IMG/VR virus record: IMGVR_UViG_3300032116_000172
Direction: 5' to 3' (one strand)
From: an uncultured virus (IMG/VR IMGVR_UViG_3300032116_000172)
Taxonomy: Duplodnaviria > Heunggongvirae > Uroviricota > Caudoviricetes
Length of the DNA: 64,000 bases
The translations under genes were made by a program, and so were the position numbers. Below, one piece after another: positions 57,871 through 64,000 of this stretch; within the stretch, counting starts at the first letter, position 1; the number at the start of each line of letters is the position of its first letter. Under the pieces are notes generated by a model, which worked only from the letters and a program-made list of their open reading frames with translations, was not told the DNA's origin and made no database searches.

Positions 57871-58050
57871 TTAGGCAGAAACCAACTGCGCTTCGTCAAA
57901 CCAACGCTCGTGTTCGACCCCGGCGTTGTCAGTCCAACCCACTAAATACTGGACATTACCATCGTCGTCCATACGTAACGACATAACCGCACCTTGAGGT
58001 ACAGTCACAATAAGTTTTACCTCATCGCCTTTTTTAAAAATCGTAGCCAT
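57871..58050 (-). CDS. small beta protein (59 aa)
   Basis: Own translation MATIFKKGDEVKLIVTVPQG...ERWFDEAQL; AGGAG RBS. Confidence 0.6.
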   Translation of the reverse strand: MATIFKKGDEVKLIVTVPQGAVMSLRMDDDGNVQYLVGWTDNAGVEHERWFDEAQLVSA

Positions 58051-58061
58051 AAAATCTCCTG

Positions 58062-58634
58062 TTAAACAGCATCGGCTGAGAAGGTGTACGTAACGTTCAA
58101 CGTGTCCCCATTGGCCACACTCTTATCGCCGCCAGTAAAATCACCTTCAGAGAAAAGAACACCTGATGAACCAGATGCCACAGTACACAAAAACGCGCCA
58201 GCTACGATTGTGGTGTTGTTGATGTTAAACACTGCGGGCGACGCAGAATTGCTAAGTACGGACGGGTCAGCCAGCGTCGGGGTACCAAACGTCACCGATT
58301 TACGGTTTCCTGTGTAGTTAGTATCTTCAGTCCATCCGGCATGCGTAGTAAGCGTGTCGCCCGCCGCATACGTGGTACCAGAACCGGGGCCGGTGATCAG
58401 ACCAAGATACCAAGCGGCGGTGTAACCCGACGCTTTAAAATACTTGTTGTTTAAGTCTTGCAGACCTTCATTAACGACGAGATTGTGGAAAGTATCTTCC
58501 CACTTAAAATTACCATCTTTGTCAAAACAAGTGACTGTAAAAACACCACCAAAACCGCCACGTTCTTTTTCTTGCGAGGTCGTGCCTACGCCAGCTTGGA
58601 CAGTTTCACCCATTGTTGATTTTGCTGTAGGCAT
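58062..58634 (-). CDS. structural protein
   Basis: 190-aa beta-rich; GDTLNVTYTF C-terminus. Confidence 0.6.
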   Translation of the reverse strand: MPTAKSTMGETVQAGVGTTSQEKERGGFGGVFTVTCFDKDGNFKWEDTFHNLVVNEGLQDLNNKYFKASGYTAAWYLGLITGPGSGTTYAAGDTLTTHAGWTEDTNYTGNRKSVTFGTPTLADPSVLSNSASPAVFNINNTTIVAGAFLCTVASGSSGVLFSEGDFTGGDKSVANGDTLNVTYTFSADAV

Positions 58635-58643
58635 ACTAACTCC

Positions 58644-59069
58644 TTAAGGGAAACGAATTAAAGCCGTAGTTGCCGTGTTTGCTGGCATTGTTACGGTGTT
58701 ATTAATCGAGGTAAAAACTTTATCCGCGCCAAAATCCAATACTAAAACGGACTTATTGCTACGGGTGACGTTGTATATTAACGCCCCGCGAGCAACAAAA
58801 TTTGCCCCGGGGAAAGACACGTTATTAAAGTTCATGTACACCGTGCCGGTGTTTACATCTGTGGCTAAAGTAGCTCCAGTAACCTGAACTCCCCCCGCTG
58901 TATACCCCGTACCAGATACTTCATCCGCTGCTGTATACGCAGTGGTAGTGGAGCCTATAGTCGCTGTACCCGTGTACAAAGACATTTTTAAGGTGTCCGT
59001 CAGCAAGTTCTGCCCCGCTTGGAGCATCTCCTGTTTAAAGCTGTTAGTCAGTCCTTGTTGGATCGCCAT
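58644..59069 (-). CDS. structural protein
   Basis: SFKQEML...EVSGTGYTAGG...ARGALIYN...VLDFG. Confidence 0.6.
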   Translation of the reverse strand: MAIQQGLTNSFKQEMLQAGQNLLTDTLKMSLYTGTATIGSTTTAYTAADEVSGTGYTAGGVQVTGATLATDVNTGTVYMNFNNVSFPGANFVARGALIYNVTRSNKSVLVLDFGADKVFTSINNTVTMPANTATTALIRFP

Positions 59070-59740
59070 TACGGATTCACCTTAATCTTAGCCTGACCAT
59101 CACGGTACGCATCCCCACGCTCAAGACCTGTGCCCAGACGGTTCAACTGACTTATAGCGTCTTGGAATTTCTTCTCGTAATACGCCATCATGTCCTGTTC
59201 ACCCTTCATGAAGATGTACGCTTCCACCAGACAGCCGTACAGCAAAACGGGGTCGTAGTTGTCTCCAAGCCATGAAGTACCTGCTGTGACAATCGATTCT
59301 GGGTAATAGTAATAATGTAGTTCTACAGCATACGCAGCATCCGGTGTTGGCCCAAGAATAAAACTTAACTCCGTAGTGATAACGTTAGAGGTTACAGTAG
59401 GGCCAAACAGCGCGTAGTACTTAGGTAACCCTTTGTCCGCATTCGGGTTTGGGTAAGCTTCCCGCATGAAATTGACATCTTTGTTTAGTAGATATGTGTA
59501 CGCGCCAACGCCATCTACTACAGCCAAAGAAAACGACGCCAAAAAATCATTAGGGCAAGATAGATACTTATTGTTTGCGGAGGTTAATCCCATCACGTTC
59601 TTACGTAGTGCAGGGATTTGTACGGAGTTGTAAATACGTTCTTCAGCCTGTTGGACAAAAACAGGGATACTCGCCACGAACGTTGATTCGTAGTTCTGTG
59701 TGTAAGACTGAATATCAGCTACCAACGCCGCATAGTTCAC
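59069..59740 (-). CDS. head-tail adaptor protein
   Basis: MNYAAL...AEERI...GPTPD..Y.VELHYYY...LLYGCLVEA. Confidence 0.7.
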   Translation of the reverse strand: MNYAALVADIQSYTQNYESTFVASIPVFVQQAEERIYNSVQIPALRKNVMGLTSANNKYLSCPNDFLASFSLAVVDGVGAYTYLLNKDVNFMREAYPNPNADKGLPKYYALFGPTVTSNVITTELSFILGPTPDAAYAVELHYYYYPESIVTAGTSWLGDNYDPVLLYGCLVEAYIFMKGEQDMMAYYEKKFQDAISQLNRLGTGLERGDAYRDGQAKIKVNP

Positions 59741-59750
59741 AGCTTACTCC

Positions 59751-60008
59751 TTACGCCATAGGGCCACGGCACATAAAACCTTTAGTCGCAGCGCCAGCAC
59801 CACGCATCTTTATGCCGTCCCGCTTCACGTCGTCACGCCCGGGGTCGCCTGCGCTTACACGCTGCACGCCCGTGCGAGGGCCAAGCTCTTTAGCACTCTT
59901 AGTTTGCGGATCAGACTTGTCGCTTGGGGGCATCATGGTGTGGGGTTCGGCGTAAAACTCAGCAGAACCTACCTCTTTACCCATCAGTTTCTTAGAAAAC
60001 TTAGCCAT
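59751..60008 (-). CDS. small basic late protein
   Basis: 85 aa; KMRGAGAATKG. Confidence 0.65.
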   Translation of the reverse strand: MAKFSKKLMGKEVGSAEFYAEPHTMMPPSDKSDPQTKSAKELGPRTGVQRVSAGDPGRDDVKRDGIKMRGAGAATKGFMCRGPMA

Positions 60009-60166
60009 TATCGACCCCTTCCAGTGGACTTTTGGTTCATAGCACGAGCCAGATTACGGCCATACTTGCGCATGGACTCGCCCGTCACGCCGCCTTTAGC
60101 CATCTTGTGCATACGTTTTTCATGAGCTTTAACTTCTGCTTTAGCTACTTGCTTCATCTTATCCAT
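60008..60166 (-). CDS. small basic late protein (52 aa)
   Basis: Own translation MDKMKQVAKAEVKAHEKRMHKMAKGGVTGESMRKYGRNLARAMNQKSTGRGR; AGGAG RBS. Confidence 0.65.
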   Translation of the reverse strand: MDKMKQVAKAEVKAHEKRMHKMAKGGVTGESMRKYGRNLARAMNQKSTGRGR

Positions 60167-60175
60167 AACTTACTC

Positions 60176-60583
60176 CTATGTGATTGTCACATTGCCCACT
60201 ATCCCTGCCGATGTCAGGTAGTTGGGCGTTAACCCTGCATCGTTTGCACTTGCTCCGCCTACCGGTGCCCAACCCCACTGAATCACCCTACTACCTTCGC
60301 CCGGGGGTCCTGCATCGTATGCAGTTGGTAGCTGTAGCCCGGTGTTCCCAGAGGAGTAATAGCTGTGGTCTGGGCGTGGCTCCCGCACTGCTTGCGGGTC
60401 GTCCACTGGGTATAGACCCAATTTTAACTGCGGATGGTCGGGGTCCCAACAAGTTTTGCAAACCTTCTCGTTGATGATATTACCTTTAACCACCAACTTC
60501 CTAAGTTCTTTTAGCTTAAACCGGAACCCACACCTATCGCACTCGGCAATAGACCTATACCCGGCTGCGTACTTATTACCCAT
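60176..60583 (-). CDS. zinc-binding conserved late protein
   Basis: CDRCGF...VCKTCWDPDHPQL. Confidence 0.7.
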   Translation of the reverse strand: MGNKYAAGYRSIAECDRCGFRFKLKELRKLVVKGNIINEKVCKTCWDPDHPQLKLGLYPVDDPQAVREPRPDHSYYSSGNTGLQLPTAYDAGPPGEGSRVIQWGWAPVGGASANDAGLTPNYLTSAGIVGNVTIT

Positions 60584-61509
60584 TATCTCGACCTAAATAT
60601 TCTAGGTACAAACCGAGACGTGGCTTTCTCCCTATCTTCTCCAGCCGCCAAGTCAAATTGTTCGTCGTACGCCGTCTTCAGCATCTGTAACCGGTCAGCG
60701 CCCTCGGGTATCTTCATGGCGATGTAGTACGCCAAACCTGCGGTAATACAGGGCAAGAACCTAAAGCTCATGTCCGCAGTTTGTACGCCACTACCGGCAT
60801 CCTCAATACGGCGCATACGCCAGTAAACAAACTGATACGGGGTAGAGTTATCGGGCGTAGGCCAGACCGTTATGGTCGGTGGGTTCGGCACATACACAGG
60901 AGCGGCGGAGGTATGCGACGCCGCCGTAGTATTAGCTTGCCCCCGCACACAGTTCTCTAGTGACTGAGTAGCGGTGTTCAAATACCCGTAGTAGATAATT
61001 TCATTGTCAATCTGTACAAACCCGGCGGACGCCAAGTTATATACAGAACCTACGGGGATAGTAGTAACGGTAGCGTTAATCGTAGACGCCAATGTAGTCC
61101 CAGACGGGGACTTCTGCCCAGAAAGCCGCTGTACCCATACCTGAATAGGTCTGGCTTGCTGTAACTTGTTTGGGATCGTGGCGTAAGTAGAAACTGAAAT
61201 CCGCGTGATGTTCAAGTCGGCTTGGGTGGACTCGACGTTAGCCCCAGTACGGATAACGTGTTCCATCAAGTCTACCGTGTCGTACGGCAACGCGTAGGTG
61301 TTTACGCCGGGGGTAAGGTTGATAGTACCTTGCTCAATCGTCCACATGTTAATGCCACGATTGACCCACTCGATGGTCATCAAGTTCATGCTACGGCGGG
61401 CAGTACGCAGGTCGTAGCCAGAGCGCATCTCGCGCCCTGCGCGTTCAAATGCCTCTTCTGCTATCTCGACAAATTCAAGATCAAATTGCGTTGTGCCCGA
61501 TGTAGTCAT
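60583..61509 (-). CDS. head-tail connector protein (P22 gp4-like)
   Basis: EEAFER...ARRSMNL...VWPTPD...GLAYYIA. Confidence 0.65.
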   Translation of the reverse strand: MTTSGTTQFDLEFVEIAEEAFERAGREMRSGYDLRTARRSMNLMTIEWVNRGINMWTIEQGTINLTPGVNTYALPYDTVDLMEHVIRTGANVESTQADLNITRISVSTYATIPNKLQQARPIQVWVQRLSGQKSPSGTTLASTINATVTTIPVGSVYNLASAGFVQIDNEIIYYGYLNTATQSLENCVRGQANTTAASHTSAAPVYVPNPPTITVWPTPDNSTPYQFVYWRMRRIEDAGSGVQTADMSFRFLPCITAGLAYYIAMKIPEGADRLQMLKTAYDEQFDLAAGEDREKATSRFVPRIFRSR

Positions 61510-61686
61510 TTATTTGCCCAATTTCTTCAATGTCTGAGCTAAACGTGCTCTCTTGCCCACTTTCCCGGGTTTTTGGGCAGCGGCAGCAAGCTTCTTTGCC
61601 GGGATGGGCTGTCCTTCTTTTGCGCCAAGTTGAGCACGTAGCGCACCGGGCTTCTTTATTGCCTTCTGTATCCATTTTTCAGCCAT
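61510..61686 (-). CDS. small basic late protein (58 aa)
   Basis: Own translation MAEKWIQKAIKKPGALRAQLG...GKRARLAQTLKKLGK. Confidence 0.65.
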   Translation of the reverse strand: MAEKWIQKAIKKPGALRAQLGAKEGQPIPAKKLAAAAQKPGKVGKRARLAQTLKKLGK

Positions 61687-61931
61687 CACTTCCTCGCCAT
61701 TCTCATGTTGTCGATTAAGTTTGGATACGGCCTACCAGCGGCTTTGGCTGCTGCTTTTGCTTTAGCCTTTTTGGCAGGACTTAAAGGGGTGGATTTTTTC
61801 TTGGGGTTGGGGCTGTCCCATACCTCACCACCCTTTTTGTACAGCTTAACGGGTTCGTTGCCGTCACGTTTTACCGTGGTCTTAGGCATCTTTTTGGGAT
61901 TAATAACCCCCATTCCCCGAGAGGCCCTCAT
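61686..61931 (-). CDS. small basic late protein
   Basis: K-rich; YKKGG; GRPYPNLIDNM. Confidence 0.65.
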   Translation of the reverse strand: MRASRGMGVINPKKMPKTTVKRDGNEPVKLYKKGGEVWDSPNPKKKSTPLSPAKKAKAKAAAKAAGRPYPNLIDNMRMARK

Positions 61932-61932
61932 A

Positions 61933-62268
61933 TCAGCACTTACCGCCGTAAGCCATCTTGACGATCTTACCTTTGGTTTTACCCTTTTTGGCTAGACCAT
62001 CAATACTAGGAGCCGCAGTCTTGACCGCGCCACCTTTTTTCATGCCTTTCATTTCGGCTTTTTCATGCTTGATCATGGCTTTAGGAGCGCCTTTTTTCTT
62101 CATGAACGCAACTTCTTCCTTAACCATCTTTTTTGACTCAGCCATACCGCCTCCAGATTTAGTAAACTCTTTCCCCACAGATTGCGGCACACCGGCCTTC
62201 TTAGCAAATGCAGGGTTGTGGGCTACAGCCTGCATAAACCGTTCTTGCTTTTTACTAACGGCGGGCAT
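61933..62268 (-). CDS. small basic late protein
   Basis: SKKQERFM; MKKGG; DGLAKKGKTKG. Confidence 0.7.
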   Translation of the reverse strand: MPAVSKKQERFMQAVAHNPAFAKKAGVPQSVGKEFTKSGGGMAESKKMVKEEVAFMKKKGAPKAMIKHEKAEMKGMKKGGAVKTAAPSIDGLAKKGKTKGKIVKMAYGGKC

Positions 62269-62510
62269 TACACCATCCGCCCTTTAGTTTTACCGCGTTG
62301 AGCGCAACCGTCTGCGCGTTTGGAAGCTGAACTAATTACTCCACCTTTAGCTTTTTTAACAGGTTTAGTCGGCCCTTCGTCAGGCGACGGCGGCTTCATA
62401 CCTTCCCTAAAGATGTCAGCTTCTTTTTTGTCCTTACCTTGCGCGGGCGGAACGTAGGGCTTCTCTTCCCTCAACTGTTTTTTAAGTTCTTCAAAAGTGG
62501 GCGCGGCCAT
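62268..62510 (-). CDS. small late protein with SASKRADGCAQRGKTKGR tail
   Basis: Coupled ORF; C-terminal motif shared with its neighbour. Confidence 0.7.
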   Translation of the reverse strand: MAAPTFEELKKQLREEKPYVPPAQGKDKKEADIFREGMKPPSPDEGPTKPVKKAKGGVISSASKRADGCAQRGKTKGRMV

Positions 62511-62968
62511 CAGATCACCCTGCCTTTCGTCTTACCACGCTGGGCGCAGCCATCAGCACGTTTGGAGGCAGAACCCACGGAACCACCTTTCTTGTACCCA
62601 ACGCCAGCTTTCACACGCTCAACTGCCAAGTCCATTTTGCGCTTGTCACGCGTAGCTCTAGTTTCTTTGTCGCGGTTGTATTTGTCTAGCGGGGAAGAAT
62701 CAGAACCATCGCGGGTAGCTTGACCACGCTTCATCACATCTGCGCCAGATTCCATAGTGTTTACACTGATAGGAAATTCCTGCGCACCTCTAAGACGGGG
62801 GCGGGGCATTTTAGGGCGAGGACGGGGGCGTGGGGTAACGTCAGGTTCCAGCGCAAGATTCCTGCCGGGACGCATACCATCGTCTTCAGCAGGAGAACCG
62901 GCAAAAATTTTATATTTGCCTTCTTCGTCGCTCATACCACCAACGGCATACCGTTTGGTTTTCTTCAT
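62510..62968 (-). CDS. basic late protein with SASKRADGCAQRGKTKGR tail
   Basis: Coupled ORF; C-terminal motif shared with its neighbour. Confidence 0.7.
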   Translation of the reverse strand: MKKTKRYAVGGMSDEEGKYKIFAGSPAEDDGMRPGRNLALEPDVTPRPRPRPKMPRPRLRGAQEFPISVNTMESGADVMKRGQATRDGSDSSPLDKYNRDKETRATRDKRKMDLAVERVKAGVGYKKGGSVGSASKRADGCAQRGKTKGRVI

Positions 62969-63204
62969 GACTTACCCCCAAAAAAGTGCACCACTAGCGC
63001 GGTTATAATGTTACTTACGCCGCCTATAAACATGAGTACCTTCCAGCCGCCTTCGGCCTGTGACAACTTCTTGTCAATATTTTGAAGGGATTGCTTTATG
63101 GACTCCATGTCGGAGACGAGCTTATCCATATCGTCTTGCAGATGTTTTATGTCGTTAGCATGAGTAGCTAACTCACGCGCAGTTTCAATTTCTGGAGCTA
63201 CCAT
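62965..63204 (-). CDS. coiled-coil protein with C-terminal TM
   Basis: Heptad pattern then GGWKVLMFIGG...ALVVHFF. Confidence 0.6.
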   Translation of the reverse strand: MVAPEIETARELATHANDIKHLQDDMDKLVSDMESIKQSLQNIDKKLSQAEGGWKVLMFIGGVSNIITALVVHFFGGKS

Positions 63205-63206
63205 GT

Positions 63207-63461
63207 TTAACACTTCCAAGCTCTCAAAGATTTATTAATGCGGCTATTCGGGTCGTTAGCTGTCTTAGATGAAGTCAGCTTTTTCTTCATCCCTGACATA
63301 CGGGCACAGAATGATTTCTTCCGTGGCCCGCCTTCAGGTTGAGGAGCCTTAAGACCCGGTTTCCCCGGGTTGGCTTTGTTATAGGAAGCGCGTCCTTTGG
63401 CGTTCAAGCCACCCTTCTCGGACTTGCCCTCTTTACGCTGCCATGCCGGAGTCTTAGCCAT
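63207..63461 (-). CDS. basic conserved phage protein (DUF6321-like)
   Basis: GGLNAKGR...RKKSFCARM...DPNSRINKSLRAWKC; family name from recall. Confidence 0.6.
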   Translation of the reverse strand: MAKTPAWQRKEGKSEKGGLNAKGRASYNKANPGKPGLKAPQPEGGPRKKSFCARMSGMKKKLTSSKTANDPNSRINKSLRAWKC

Positions 63462-63726
63462 AGAACACCACGATGGTTGCGCTAGACAGCGTGGCATGTA
63501 CATCAGTGTTGAACTTGATGCCTTCGCCGGGGAACAGAATATGCTCTGACCCTGCTGCCGCTGGTGCCGTAAACGAAAACCGCGTAGTACCGCTAGAACC
63601 GCCGTCCTTCAGGACAACCGTACCACCAGAGGCGTAGCTAACCGTCACCGCTTTTACACGGGTTGTATCAGCGTACGCCGTATTGGTAGAGGTTACCTGC
63701 GCGGCTTTTACGTCTGTTTGCATCAT
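63454..63726 (-). CDS. small structural protein
   Basis: 90-aa beta-rich; AGGAGG RBS. Confidence 0.6.
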   Translation of the reverse strand: MMQTDVKAAQVTSTNTAYADTTRVKAVTVSYASGGTVVLKDGGSSGTTRFSFTAPAAAGSEHILFPGEGIKFNTDVHATLSSATIVVFYG

Positions 63727-63741
63727 GGCGATGCCTCCTTA

Positions 63742-64000
63742 TTAGACGTTTTGCATTCCGACATACGGGTCTTCTACGTAGTACACAATGTACCCTGAAC
63801 AAGGGCCTGTACCAGCGGATGCGCCAGTACGTGCAGTCAGGTAAACCATTTGTGTCAACGACATAGGAACGGCAAACGAAGCACCGGGCAACGTAGCTGT
63901 AGCTAGTGTAGTAGTTGTACGAGTAGTCGGTTGCTCGTTAATCAAAGCAGCAGGGCTGGCTGTACCAGAAGTGTACAAGGTGAAACCGAAGTCCAACGTA
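63742..64000 (-). CDS. 3' part of a structural protein (starts beyond the window end)
   Basis: Frame open to the window edge; T/A/G-rich beta protein. Confidence 0.55.
   Translation of the reverse strand, partial: TLDFGFTLYTSGTASPAALINEQPTTRTTTTLATATLPGASFAVPMSLTQMVYLTARTGASAGTGPCSGYIVYYVEDPYVGMQNV

Noticed and set aside
29546..59740. Many + strand ORFs antisense to late genes (for example 33387-34010, 35802-36335, 48918-49472)
   Set aside because: Shadow frames of long genes, with no RBS or recognisable motifs
1..64000. Stop-codon reassignment or self-splicing elements
   Set aside because: Terminase, portal, polymerase, helicase and primase are full length and uninterrupted in the standard code; no intein or intron signature was seen

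Overview
This window holds nearly the whole genome of a tailed dsDNA phage with podovirus-like gene content (portal, adaptor and stabilisation proteins, large ejection proteins, no tape-measure or sheath genes). There are two opposed transcription blocks. The + strand early/replication arm (about 7.0-29.5 kb) carries many small accessory ORFs, a DUF3150-like/AAA+/metallopeptidase-vWA triad, a VRR-NUC nuclease, a family A DNA polymerase, PD-(D/E)XK and HNH-like nucleases, an SNF2-type helicase, an SSB-like protein and a primase-helicase. The - strand late arm (64.0 to 29.5 kb, and 6.7 kb to 1) carries small basic proteins, connectors, tail fibres, lysis genes, ejection proteins, terminase, portal, GroES and scaffold. 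The major capsid gene is not in the window and probably lies in the gap joining the two ends. The most notable unexplained signals are non-coding. (1) A terminator-ended putative small RNA at the strand convergence (about 29470-29547) has a central segment perfectly complementary to the ribosome-binding sites of two replication genes. (2) Seven copies of a 20-bp palindrome TGTTATAC-N4-GTATAACA punctuate the early region and end just upstream of an HTH/AT-hook gene. (3) Structured leaders precede the helicase and primase genes. (4) An iteron-like GAAC/GTTC array lies near 8 kb. At protein level, a [M/Y/F/L]-x-x-G-G motif recurs across ejection proteins and small basic late proteins. All product calls come from motif recognition by eye; no database searches were run.
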